64,000 bases of DNA from Octopus vulgaris (Eukaryota): NCBI GenBank assembly GCA_951406725.2, contig OX597822.1:53568001-53632000 (forward strand), written 5' to 3'. Position numbers and translations under genes: made by a program. Below, piece by piece: positions 29,880 through 43,923 of the stretch (position 1 is the stretch's first letter; each line of letters starts with the position of its first letter). The notes beneath the pieces are model-generated. The model saw nothing but the letters and a program-made list of their open reading frames with translations. It did no database searches and had not been told where the DNA came from.

Positions 29880-31400
29880 TAAATGAGAATCAAGTTAGGC
29901 AAATTAATTCACATATAATAATATATGTATTCAACTCAAGACCCAATAAAAACGATACTGTAAAAGCAGATAGAAAGAGTCCAGAAAAAGTAAAACATAA
30001 AAGGTTTAAGTGTCAATAATCCGACGGCGGTTTCTTGGGGTTAAGTTGTCCAGTCAAATAAAGGATATTTATATCCATTATTAGACACCGCTTCCTTCTT
30101 CGGGGGAAAAATAAAGTACTGGGGAGATTTACTACGTTTTCATAATGGAAGTTAACAACTGGGTGATCATATAGAGAGTTATATGCATAACAGGAAGTAG
30201 AAGTGTTTTAGAATGAGTTGTGGGAAGAGGGGATACAATGCGTGGTAAAATAAAGTTACTGGTAGTTCTATAGGTAGAAGGTAAGAGGTGGGGAGTATGG
30301 TTTAAGCATTTAGAATAAGTTACAATGGGTGTGGAAGCTAGTTCTCAACTCTATCCAGAATCATCAAAATGCATAAAAGTTGAGTAAAATCGATACTTAC
30401 TAGAGTAGATAGCATCAGGAAATTCATGAGTTAGAGTATATTGTATAGTTTGTAACTTAAGATTATGTATGTATGTTGCTAATGAGGTCGAAAATTTGGA
30501 TTTTTCTTAGTGAAGGAATTTAAGTGAGCTCGATAGCGATGCTTAAAATCTATAGTACTGCCAATCACGTTTTTGCGCAGACAAAAACCTGCAAGCGACA
30601 ATTACAGTTTTCCTTCTTATTCCGCTGTTATTATTGGTCATGTTGTTGTTATTGACTGGACTAATATGGGGTGCTGTGTAACAATTTAAGTATGTAGCCG
30701 TCTGGTGTTGGAGTTTACGTCTATTAAGAGAGGATATCATGGATCCTAAGTTTACAGTGGTAGAGTAAGATAATTTCACAGATGATTTTTGTTAAAAATA
30801 GAATAGTATTTATGACGTTGTGGAAAATTGGATTTCAGAATTTTGAAAAATAATTTAGGTAAAGATTTAACCTGGAGAGAGAAAGGTGGTGCGTAACATA
30901 GGATTTCTCATTTTCTAGTCTTAGAATATGTGACTACATTGAATTGGTCAGGAAGAGGAGATTTATAATTATCATAAGTTCTGGATGGCCTATGGTGTAA
31001 GCGAGTACGATTTAAAGGTGGTTTATTTTATGGGTCTGCTTGATTGATTTGAAACGGCCGTCGGATTATTACTACTCAAACCTTTCATGTTCTATTTTTT
31101 TTCTGGACTCTTAACTTTTTTTTATCTAGTTCCAGGATATCGATTTTATTCTATAAGTCGATCTATATATATATTTATATTTTCAATATATTCTTAATGC
31201 ATTTATATATTTATGTATTTACATATTTTTAATGTATTGATAAATCTATATATATATTTTTATTATATTTATATATGAATATATTTTTGATATGTTGGAT
31301 GCATTAGACATATTTTTAAAATTTATGCATATTGGGTCACTGGTTGAATACATGTATTTTTATATGTGAACTGATTTGCCTAACTTGATTTTCATTTGTA
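29880..31400 (-). mobile_element. Second Naiad-type Penelope-like remnant with inverted ends
   Basis: Minus-strand peptides YAPPFSLQVK, KSNFPQRHKYYSIFNK, VKLSYSTTVNLGSMISSLNRRK and GIY-YIG-like KHRYRAHLNSF...TSLATYIHNLK. 29880-30034 is inverted relative to 31051-31398. Decayed hammerhead at 30019-30107 (-) and a 3' half GAAACGGCCGTC at 31051 (+). Confidence 0.75.
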
Positions 31401-31546
31401 TATTCATCGAACGCTTCAAGTTCGAATATCCTGAGCACTTTTAAATGCCGTCAATACATTGGAGAAAGTTTGTTTTCTCTTTTAAATATAATTATATGTA
31501 TGTATGTGTGTATGTATGTATGTATGTATGTATGTATGTATGTATG

Positions 31547-31588
<42 letters not shown>

Positions 31589-32799
31589 CATATAAATATA
31601 TATATATTTTTATATATATATACATATATATATACATACATATAAATATATATATTTTTTTATATATATACATATATATATACATACATATAAATATATA
31701 TATATTTATATATATACATATACATACATACATATAAATATATATATATATATATATTTATATATACATATACATACATATAAATATATATATATTTATA
31801 TATACATATATATACAAATATACATATACATATATATATGTATATGTGTGTATCTGAGTTTATATATATATAGTGTGTATCTGAGTTTGTCCTCCCCACC
31901 ATCATCTGACAACCGTTTTTCGTCTCTGTAACTTACAAAGAATAAGCCTTGAAGTCGATTTCTTCGACTAAAAAAAAACCTGTAAGGCGGGGCTCCAGCA
32001 TGGCCGCAGTCAAATGACTGAAACAAAAAAAAGAAAAAGAATAATAATTCGAGCTGGGGCACATCATGCATTTACAGTCAAAACGCTTACCAAAAATACT
32101 GAATCTGAGAGGGTTATTTTTTGTTACACCCTGCTCATTTCAGTTGACAATATCTCCATTTCAATTTCTCTTTGTCTTTTCAGCAGACAGTTTTAGTGTT
32201 GTTCCTAAGAACGACATATATTCATAGGTTCCAGGATTACTTCAAATCTATCGCCACTTGTTGTAGTAACCCTCTCTCTCTCCTTCTCTTTTTTCTCTCT
32301 TTCTCCCTCTTCCTTCCCCGTCACCTCTCTCTCTCTCTCTCTCTTTTTCTCCCTCTCCCTTTCTCTCTATCCTTGTCTCCCCTCCCTTCTCTCTTTTTCT
32401 CTCTCTGTCTTTCTCCCTCTCCCTCTCCCTCTCTCTCCCCACATATCATTCAGCTTTTGTAGTGTATGTCTAGAGGTCAGTTCTTCACAAAGATACATGG
32501 TTATTACCAGTTGAAATATGCTCGGGGCATATTCGAACCCATAAGAAAGTTATTCACTGTGTTTTGTCATGGAGAAAAATTCTCACTGAAGACAAATGGC
32601 GCAAATACATCTAAAATCAGCTCGCAACATCACCTACTCAGACCGTATGATGCAAGCATTTCAGAGTGGTTATCCCCTTTTAAGTCTCAAAAACTGGACA
32701 GGTTGCGCTGTGAGCTGATAAGAGAGATTGTCTCGCTTATGATATTCACCACCATCGTATAATGAATGTTATAATCGGCGGCTCACTGTAAACAAATTA

Positions 32800-32938
32800 T
32801 GGGATGGCAGCGCTAAGCAGTGGTGTGTATAAATACTAGGCTATTACCCGTTGAAATATGCTTGGGGGATATTCAAACATATTTGAACTGATAACAACCT
32901 TGTATTTATACACATCACTGCTTAGCGCTGCTTCCCCG
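32800..32938. mobile_element. Small MITE-like inverted-repeat element
   Basis: About 40-bp imperfect TIRs gggatggcagcgctaagcagtggtgtgtataaatac / gtatttatacacatcactgcttagcgctgcttcccc, with TA on both flanks. Confidence 0.6.
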
Positions 32939-34114
32939 TAACTTCTCAAAGATAATCTCCAGGTTCCTGTATACCTTATCCAGAGGAAGTTATTTAGTTA
33001 TTTTACCCATAACTAAGTCTCTTCACAGGTACTACTCCACGGAGCCAAATCAAATTTGGGAGTAAAGGTGACTAAGTGGTAATATTATTCTCCTCCAAAA
33101 CTCCTGAACCCCCATGATGTAGCCTCAACATCTGGTGGAGTTTAATGTCTTGCCCAGGTCATGCTACATTAACATCGTTGACACAGCAATACATAAGGCG
33201 GTGAGCTGGCAGAATCGTGAGCACGCCAGGCAAAATGCTCAGCGGCATTTCGTCCGTCGCTCCGTTTTGAGTTCAAATTTCGCTGAGGTCGACATTGCTT
33301 TTCATCCTCTGGGGATCTATGTAATTTATTTACCACTACCTCGAATCTAAGAACACTCATTCTCTACCAAAGTATCTAGGTAGTGTTAATAACACCTTTT
33401 CAAAAATCTTAATGTAAATCTTACCTTATTACTAACCAGCCAGTCTAGTTTCCCCAACCGTACTGTATGTTCTATTATATCATTATTCTGACATCTTTCT
33501 ACATTCATACATTATACAAATGACATTTTAATCTATTTGGCAACGGTTCTCACACTTACTCCCAACTCCCTTGTTGTTTGGGTTAATCACTTGTTCTGAC
33601 ACAGCCATGATCAGATTACAGATTTTCTATTTCTCTGTTCGTCTTTTGTCTTCCTTTCACGACTCATAACTGCTGTTCTCTTAATTCTATTCACCTGACA
33701 AATTTCCCATATAACATTGTTTCTATCCGATTTTTCATTCTTCCTTTTCCATATAATCTTTTCTTACATTTAATTATTATTCATCGCTGTTTTTTTTTTT
33801 TTTTGGTTTTTTTCGCTGGTTCCAAATATGAGCTTCTCTACCCGTTTTCTAACGACTTCTTTAGTTCTATTTTATCAAATATATTCTCAGTTTCACAGAG
33901 TAATCTATTACATCTCTCTTTGCTAGTTGTATAGAATCGACCTGGCAACTTCCTGATTTGTCAATCTAGTTCATGCAATTTATTTTTGTCCGCTAAACAA
34001 AAACTACGGATGAAGTTATATGTTTCAATTGAAAACACTTCATGTGTTTGCACTAACACTTGAAATATTTTACTCAAAATTCAGATTACTTCTTTTCGTA
34101 TACAATAGGTCCAC

Positions 34115-34580
34115 TTGTCAATATACATAGGGTAACCTGTCAAATATGCAGAAAGTCAAATGACAATACAATGTAGATCTTCCTGTCTGTGTAGCAGATC
34201 AGATGGCAATATATAGTACTTCATCCTACAGTATACACTAAGACAACTGTTAATATAAAGTTGACAGTATTTGCCTCGATATACAGTAAGTTACAAGTCA
34301 ATATACAATTGGTGATTTACCAATGTACTTAAGTCTTTGTCTATATACAGTGGATCATCTGTGAGTAAACAGGAGATTATCTGAACACGCAGTGAGGTCT
34401 GATATCAATATATAGGTCATCACTCAACATACAATGGTTCATCTCTCAACATACAGTTCACCTATCAATATACTGTAGACCACTAACCGATATACATTAA
34501 GTTACCTACCACTATGCAATATGTCATCTGTGAATATACAGGTTACAAGTGACCAGCTGTATATTGATAGCAGATCAACC
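34115..34580 (+). repeat. Older degenerate minisatellite, unit about 22 bp (tgtcaatatacagtagatcacc-like)
   Basis: Recurring caatataca(g/t) with regular spacing. Confidence 0.55.
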
Positions 34581-34792
34581 TGTACGTTGGATTCTATCTA
34601 TTACCTATTAAGCACATTATTGATAAGAAATCGATAGAATTCGACCCACCAGATTCTAAAGGCTTGTATAATTCTTTTGATGTAAAACAAAAATTTTACC
34701 CAGCATTCAAATCTATTCAGTTCTTCTTGGGTGAATGATTACGGTTTCACTGTCTAAATATTTTATTTTATATCTTCCCCCAAACACACCTG

Positions 34793-34878
<86 letters not shown>

Positions 34879-35644
34879 GTGTGTAAGTGTGTTGTAGCTC
34901 CACTTTTTTTAGTACGTTTTATAATGAGTGAGTGAACTTTTGTCCTAAATAGAAAGAAATAATTATTATTGCTGTTATTATTCGGTAGAGTATCAAACAA
35001 ATTGCTGTGTAATATTTAGTTGTGATCTATTTATGCTCTGAATTCATCAGCTGCCAAGTGTCTTTGCAGTTTGTCCAGATATGTCCTAGATGATTGTGGC
35101 AGAATCGCAGTTTTCACTACTTGATCGTTTCCGCGTAATGTTTTGGCATAACACCAAGTAAACATAGCTGCTGACTCAATGATGTCCACACTAATACTCA
35201 AAGTAGGGCAAGGCAACAAGAATATGATACAGTCAATCGTTTCGTCATACTAACTGCATAGTCGATAGTTAATGCTAGGATTATTAAGGCGTTAGATAGA
35301 ATGCTTCGCTATATTCTCTATCCTCTGAGTTCAAATCTCGCCGAGGACTTCTACTTCTATTCATTCTTTTGGGCTTAAAAGAAAAGTACCAATGGTGGAT
35401 TGATGAATGTCGGATGCCTTGATGGCGTTTTGGCTTTTGACAGAAATGCCTAAGAAGTACACTAATACCAAGTTTATTGGTCCTAGGGTGATGAACTCTC
35501 CCTTAAAACAGCAAAAATGGCGTGTATAGGGGAGAGTTTCCTACATGTTAAACTGATAGGATTCATCAAAAGACTCATTTGCTCAGCTGTACATACAGCT
35601 TGTAGATTCATGGTCAGAAGGTCAAGCCTACAAACCCGATCACA

Positions 35645-36068
35645 TCTGGAGATATACAAGGATTTGTGTCTGTAGGTATGCAAGAACTCGTGCCTGAAAA
35701 TATACAACGACTAGTGTCTGTAGATATGCAAGGACCTATGTCTGTAGTTATACAATAACTTGTGTCTATAGATATGCAATGACCCTTGTCTATAGTTATG
35801 CAAGGATTCGTATCTGTAGATATGTTAGCACTCGTTTTTGTAGATATACAAGTATTCGTATCTGTAGATATACAAGGACTCGTAAATGTAGATTACAAGG
35901 ATTCGTACCAGTAGATATACGAGAACCTGTTTGTAGATATACAAATATTCGTACCTGTAGACATATGAAATTTGTCTGTTGATATACAAAGACTTGTGTC
36001 TGTAAATATGCTAGACCATACTTTTGTAAACGTACAAGGACTTGCGTTTGTAGATATTCAAGGACTGG
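35645..36068 (+). repeat. Degenerate minisatellite, unit about 22 bp (tgtagatatacaaggactcgtgtc-like)
   Basis: Recurring tgtagatat(a/g)caa at about 22-nt spacing. Confidence 0.8.
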
Positions 36069-36424
36069 GTAGCCATACATTATAAGACCAACCATCTCAG
36101 GATACAAATTGCATAAAAAAATTTTAATGTACCCGGCTATCATGCCACATAATAATCCAACATGGAGGAGCATAAGCCAGAGATCTATGCAACTGAAATC
36201 CAGGAAATACAATCGATGAAATGTCAGGAGATGTGAGTGGCATATATACGCATTCAAGTCGGTTCCACTTGGATTTACAACGATGTAAAAATGTCTTGGA
36301 GTTTAACGAATTATTATTAATTGAGCTCCCAATTAACATTGATTTATTCTTTGATATTTATACAATTCTCTATATGGAAGTATATATGCATGTATGTATG
36401 CACGCATGTATGTATGCACGCATG

Positions 36425-36468
<44 letters not shown>

Positions 36469-36546
36469 GATGGATGGATGGATAGATAGATGGATAGATA
36501 GATAGATAGATAGATAGATATTTATATATGTATGCATGCATATGTA

Positions 36547-36950
<404 letters not shown>

Positions 36951-37104
36951 ATAATATAAAATAAATATAAGAGAGTGGTCACTATATGGCTCACTCTAGC
37001 ACCAGTTAATCCAAAAGGTTTCAACCACAAAAATACATGCTTCCCATGAAAGTCAGTACGATTGTTAGCTCACACGGACAGGGCAAATAAAAAATAACAA
37101 AATA

Positions 37105-37216
37105 CAGATTATTTTGGGACAATTGTTTCGCTATTAATGAATTAAAGAATTAATGAATTAAATGTAATTTTACTTACAATAAAATCCACTTGTAGCTCTT
37201 CAGCCAAAACTATCTG
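37105..37216 (-). ncRNA. Type I hammerhead ribozyme (array unit 1)
   Basis: Minus strand cagatag-ttttgg-CTGAAGA-gcta-[AU-rich insert]-tagc-GAAA-caattg-TC-ccaaaa-taatctg. The core is fully canonical. Confidence 0.9.
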
Positions 37217-37654
37217 GATGAAATCCACTCAATCACACGCCAGATTTTACCATAACGATAAATACGCGTGTGGTTCAATTGATTACATCCGACGTTATAA
37301 TTCAAATGCCCCAACTAACAGCGCGCCAAACTTTCACGGAAAACAAATACAGCATTTAGAAATAAATGCAGCATAATTATAATTAATTAATAAGGGTGAG
37401 AGAATTAGATACTAATTTAATAGTATATCTATTCTACACCAAGTGGCCTAGTGCTCCGAGAAACCTGGATTATTATAATATTTTATAATATATTATAATA
37501 TTTTTACAAAATAAATATAAGAGAGTGGTCACTATATGGCTCACTCTAGCACCAGTTAATCCAAAAGGTTTCAACCACAAAAATACATGCTTCCCATGAA
37601 AGTCAGTACGATTGTTAGCTCACACGGACAGGGCAAATAAAAAATAACAAAATA

Positions 37655-37750
37655 CAGATTATTTTGGGACAATTGTTTCGCTATTAATGAATTAAATGTA
37701 ATTTTACTTACAATAAAATCCACTTGTAGCTCTTCAGCCAAAACTATCTG
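37655..37750 (-). ncRNA. Type I hammerhead ribozyme (array unit 2)
   Basis: Same motif as unit 1, 550 nt away, with a stem II insert 16 nt shorter. Confidence 0.9.
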
Positions 37751-38261
37751 GATGAAATCCACTCAATCACACGCCAGATTTTACCATAACGATAAATACG
37801 CGTGTGGTTCAATTGATTACATCCGACGTTATAATTCAAATGCCCCAACTAACAGCGCGCCAAACTTTCACGGAAAACAAATACAGCATTTAGAAATAAA
37901 TGCAGCATAATTATAATTAATTAATAAGGGTGAGAGAATTAGATACTAATTTAATAGTATATCTATTCTACACCAAGTGGCCTAGTGCTCCGAGAAACCT
38001 GGATTATTATAATATTTTATAATATATTATAATATTTTTACAAAATAAATATAAGAGAGTGGTCACTATATGGCTCACTCTAGCACCAGTTAATCCAAAA
38101 GGTTTCAACCACAAAAATACATGCTTCCCATGAAAGTCAGTACTTTGTAAAAATATTATAATATATTATAAAATATTATAATAATCCAGGTTTCTCGTAT
38201 ATAGTAGAATAGATATACTATTAAATTAGTATCTAATTCTCTCACCCTTATTAATTAATTA

Positions 38262-38570
<309 letters not shown>

Positions 38571-38641
38571 ATATATATATTCATATATATATATGTATGT
38601 ATATGTATATATATATATGTATATATATATGTGTATGTATA

Positions 38642-38735
<94 letters not shown>

Positions 38736-38798
38736 TATATACATATATGTATATATATATATCGGGGATATATATATATATGTATATATATGTATATG

Positions 38799-38907
<109 letters not shown>

Positions 38908-38935
38908 TTTATTAAAAAGCAGCAAAAATGTCACG

Positions 38936-38981
38936 AAAACTGTTACTCAGAGTTTCACATTCCAGTTCGTCGGACAGTTTT
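38936..38981 (-). ncRNA. Minimal hammerhead motif, CCGACGA core variant
   Basis: Minus strand aaaactgt-CCGACGA-ac-tggaat-gt-GAAA-ctctgag-TA-acagtttt, with an 8-bp stem I. A partial inverted copy lies at 38988-39008. Embedded in (TA)n. Confidence 0.7.
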
Positions 38982-39189
38982 GTTTAGAAACAAAACTGTC
39001 CGATGAACGTATACATATATATGTATATATATATACATACATATATATACATGTATATATATTTTTATGTATATACATGTGTGTTTGTATATGTGTGTGT
39101 GTGTGCATATATGTGTGTGTGTGTGCATATATGTGTGTGTGTGCATATATATGTGTGTGTGTGTGCGCGCCCGCATGTGTATGTGTTAA

Positions 39190-39430
39190 ATAAAATGAGA
39201 CAACAAAGGCAAGGCTGTGTGGAATTTTCAGGACATTTATAAAGAGAAAGTTAGTCTTACAGTTGTTTCTGGGTTATCCCTTTATCGGAGACGATGTGAG
39301 ATGGTTAAATAGAAGGAAATATTGGAGTCCTATATGAGGAGTTATTTTGGAAAAGGAAACAAATAAGGAGTATATAGGAATATAGAATGTAGAGATAAAA
39401 ATAAAAATGTACAAAGATGTTATAGTTGCA
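39190..39430 (-). mobile_element. Penelope pseudo-LTR-like repeat with a decayed hammerhead (39254-39292)
   Basis: Minus strand gtct-CCGATAA-agggataaccca-GAAA-caactg-TA-agac. Same family as 58620-58880. Confidence 0.6.
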
Positions 39431-40098
39431 GTTCCGTTATCCAAGGAAAGTGGTGTGTACAAGTCGTAGAAATGCTTCCTTTGCGTTATATGTAAATTCC
39501 ATTGGGAGTTCAAATTTTGTCATCCCAAATGGAAAGTATGGAGACGTAGATTCCATGCGCTGTACATTCAAGGAGGTCTTGTGGTATGAAGGAAAATTTA
39601 TATACATATATATATACTTATATGTGTGTCTGTATGCATAAATAAATATATATGTATGTATATGTATGTATATATATATATGAATAGATATATATATGTG
39701 TGTATATGTATGTATGAATATATATGTGTATATATGTATATGTATGCATGTATATGTATGCATATATATGTATGTATATATATACATATATATGTATATA
39801 TATATGTAGATAAAACTTACTTGGAAATGGATGCGTGGCGTTCAATCATATAACATAAATAATATATAAATATATGAATATATACATACATATATGTACA
39901 TACCTACATCTATATGTATATATGCATGTATATATGGGTACAGGACACAAAAAAAACGTTGAACACAATGAGAAACGAAAACATAAAAACAAGAACATGG
40001 AAACGACCTTTTTTTCAAACAACGAAAAAACAGAGTACAAGACATACAACACAAGGAATATTCCCCTTCTTCAGTTGTCCCTGTTTCGTCTACTTTGC

Positions 40099-40180
<82 letters not shown>

Positions 40181-40695
40181 AATTTTTTAAATAGGCTTAC
40201 CTTCAGGATGGAATATGAAGGCTGCTAATATTTATTACATTGCTCGGGTGTGTATTTATCGTAGAATTGGTGGTTTTTGAAGCTTCTTTTCTTGAAATAT
40301 TGTATATTATACCTGTTTATGTAGAAGTCTTGCTAGCCACCTCATGATTACTGTTTTTAACAGTAATAATACTTCACATATTTATGTGTGTGTGTGTATA
40401 TATAAGGAAATGGAAAAATCGACAGATACACAACTATTTATTAACTCCAATTTTGAATAACATCAATTTCTTATAACCTACAATTGTTTACATGTTCAAT
40501 TAATTTCAGTTCGCAAATAAATAATTAAATTAAATATGCATTTTGAATATAGTTAATTGAACATGTCTCCATGTTCTTTTCTCATACGTAACTGATAACA
40601 TACCCATTTGCATCGATGAGAAGCTAACATCTTTTTAGTACTTCACCGATACACTAGATAAAACCAAGGGAACTTGGATGCTAATATCTCTTTAA

Positions 40696-41120
40696 GTGGT
40701 AAGTTGCTTGCTACTTACCACATGGTTCCGGGTTCAGTCCCACTGCGTGGCACTTTGGGCGAGTGTCTTCGGCTATACCCTCGGGTCGACCAAAGCCATG
40801 TAAGTGGATTTGGTAGACGAAAACTGAAAGAAGCCCGTCGTATATATGTATATATATGTATGTATGTATGTGTGTTTATATGTTTGTGTGTCCGTGTTTG
40901 TCCCTCCCTCACCCAATATCGCTTGACAACCGATGCTGGTGTGTTTAACGTCCCCGTCACCTAGCGATTCGGCAAAAGAGACCGATAGAATAAGTACTAG
41001 GCTTACAAAGAATAAGTCCTGGAGTCGATTTGCTCGACTAATAGGCGGTGCTCCAGCATGGCCACTGTCAAATGACTGAAACAAGTAAAAGAGTAAAAAG
41101 AGTAAAGAGAAAATAGAGTA
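40696..41120 (+). mobile_element. SINE family A copy
   Basis: Same head, body and tail as 44915-45301. Confidence 0.85.
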
Positions 41121-41124
41121 TATG

Positions 41125-41195
<71 letters not shown>

Positions 41196-43659
41196 AGAGA
41201 GAGAGCGAGAGAAAGAGAGACAGACAGATAGAGATAGAAACATAGAGAGTTTTATTTCTAGATTAGCAGTGAATGTTTCTTTGTATCGAACACTGCTGGT
41301 TCTATAAACATACAGTGAACCATACAGTATGAGAGTTATAAGAGGTTTGAAAGCAACCGAAGAACCAATCAGCCAAAACATAGATGTAACAAGGATCGTT
41401 CAGCAATTCTAGCCATGATCAAAGTAATATTTTTAGTCCTATTTGTGTGATTTTATTTTGAAGTACTCTATTTCAAAAGCATAATCTGATGTAAAGAATT
41501 ACAATCGATTCTTAGATGAATTGTTTATGAAATATTCAAAAGATGAGAGATCGTTATCATTATGATAGTCTCCTTCCCACAAGTGATGCAGTTATTTTTC
41601 GTTTGAATATTTATTAGTCAGCTTCTGCAGGATTTGCATGAATAGGTGAGTGCAATTCCTGGAGGCTGCAATTCTGGAGAGGGAGTGATCCTTGTGAATC
41701 GAGTTTGGTAGGTGAAACACAGAGACACAGTAAGGGTGAGTACGAGAAAAGGAGATACGTGTCTGCCTAGATGGAGAAGTATACAGTTACAATGTTACAA
41801 AATAAAGGAAACACTCGTTTATTATACAGTAGACTTTGCTCATCAGACGATATCAGTTAAAGTTAGGTAATCTTTTAAGTATTTTTGCCACAGATATTTC
41901 ACAATTCCGTTAATGGAATTCAAGCCATAAAGTTTTCATTTAATAGTCAGACAGACTAATATTTTAGAGGTCTGAGACTGACTACTGAATCTGCAAAATA
42001 AATATAAAGAAAAAGCGGAAATGCTTTCATTTTGATTTCTTAATTATATACTGTTAATAGTGACAGAAGTAATTACACTGAGCACACGGACGTAATCCTT
42101 CGAGGCTAAGTTCAATATCCAGCGTCAAACTGGTTGTTAGATGGTCTTTGCGAGAGGGACCTTTTTTCAATTAGCAGTTGTATACAAGCTATGACATACA
42201 GCATGTAATAACGACAAAGTCTAGATCTAATCACACCAAAAGCCGAGAAGACAATTGAGCACTGGTCTGTTATTGGTCTGAAATGATTAGTTATCTTTTT
42301 TATGGCTTACTCAGAAGAACTGCGTCTATGACTTTTTAAGAGTTTCCCGAAACTGATTGGGAAAGTGAGGAAGAAACCTCGGCGAAGGGGTTACTACAGT
42401 AGGAAGTGAAAAGTTAAAATATCGTATAATTGCTCCGAATACTTCTTTTCAATGGAATGAGTTCAGTGACAAAAAAAGAAAAGCCAAGAATCAGATGTTG
42501 GTGTTAAAGCGGATGATAAATTCCTGACAACCAAGGTAATCTGAGAGAGGAGTATGATATTCTTTACAGAAAACTTACCGAACTACTATGAACGGAAAAC
42601 CCAATACAACATCCAGTCAATTATTTTATATGATTCTTATCAGGAATATATCATTAAAGATTTATCATTTCTTTCACTTAAAGTTGCACAGAAATTTTTT
42701 TTCTCTATTTAAGAAAATAAAAAAGCAAGCTGAAAAAATACATTTACGCTGTTTTGAAAGTCTTATTTATAAAATCCGAAGAAAATATTTTAGGTGAAAA
42801 GCGTTTCTGTTTATTTTTTTAACAAGCAATAACGTAATAAATAAATAAGTTTAAAAAAGTGAATAGAAAATAATAAAAGTGTATCCTGGACTAAAACTGA
42901 TCATTTGACATCAACGTTAACTATTTTCTTTTATCCATTGTTTCTTTTTGACTAGGGAAAACAAAAATTTAATCTTCTGTTGAAAGAACCACTTCAGTAC
43001 CATTTTCTTTACATCTTTTGTCGTGCTGTTGAGAACTTAAAACAAAGTGGCTTCCTGCATATTCTTTTCCATTCATGATAATATTTGATGATAAAAGAAA
43101 AAGGCAAAATAGAAATCTATGATAACATGTGTTTGCATTTATGCATTTTAATATATTAATAGAGATATGCGTGCATATAATATATTTGTGTGCGTACATA
43201 TATGCATATAGATATAATGTATGCATGTATGTATGTATGTATGTATGTATGTATGATATTTCCTACTGTTTATTATTTGAAAACGTGTAAGGAAGGAGCT
43301 GGTTTCTAACAAAGACAGAAAACTCTATCGCTGGAATGTGGATGAAAAAATTCGCATTTTGAACTTAAGGAAATTTTTTTTTCTGTTCTACTTTGATATT
43401 GTATCTGTGATGTGCCAGTTAGCTGATTGATTTGCTTTTGTTTTCTTCTGAAATTCTTAACTTTCCCAGCTTGCCACTTAGGCATTCACTGACAAAACTA
43501 AGCGCACTAATTATCATCTTTATAAATGTGCATTTATAATATAATCTGAGTATAGAAGATGGTGGTTTTCGAGATATATTCACATCAACAGTACATACTT
43601 TCTGGCGTGTACCAGACATCATCAAGCCTGTTATGCTTACATAAGACAGGGGGAATGAA

Positions 43660-43693
<34 letters not shown>

Positions 43694-43694
<1 letters not shown>

Positions 43695-43923
43695 GCGGTG
43701 AGCTGGCAGAAACGTTAGCGCGTGGGGCGAAATGCTTAGCGGCATTTTGTCTGCCGCTACGTTCTGAGTTCAAATTCCGCCGAGGTCGACTTTGCCTTTC
43801 ATCCTTTCGGGGTCGATAAATAAAGTACCAGTTTCGTGCTGGAGTCGATGTAATCGACTTAATCCCTTTGTCTGTCCTTGTTTGTCCCCTCTATGTTTAG
43901 CCTCTTGTGGGTAGTAAAGAAAT
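43694..43923 (+). mobile_element. SINE family B, near full length
   Basis: ggcggtgagctggcagaa...gagttcaaattcc (B-box-like)...gtcgactttgcctttcatcctttcggggtcgataaa. Confidence 0.8.

Larger units (their letters stand above)
36958..38243 (-). mobile_element. Retrozyme-like tandem array (550/534-bp unit, about 2.2 copies, plus an inverted terminal fragment)
   Basis: Unit starts at 36961, 37511 and 38045, near-identical apart from a 16-nt duplication. 38144-38243 is an inverted copy of the unit end. Both sides are flanked by (TA)n, and each full unit has one hammerhead. Confidence 0.85.

Noticed and set aside
35645-36068. CRISPR-like periodic array
   Set aside because: A continuous degenerate tandem repeat without unique spacers, in a eukaryotic context.
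39940-40100. Minus-strand CTGAAGA near GAAAC; similar isolated CTGATGA at 41841-41848 (-) and 52644 (+)
   Set aside because: Motif order or stems are incompatible with a complete hammerhead.
42305-43080. Possible splice sites and exons in a non-repetitive stretch
   Set aside because: Candidate exons have stops in all frames or give no recognisable peptide, so no host gene can be supported.
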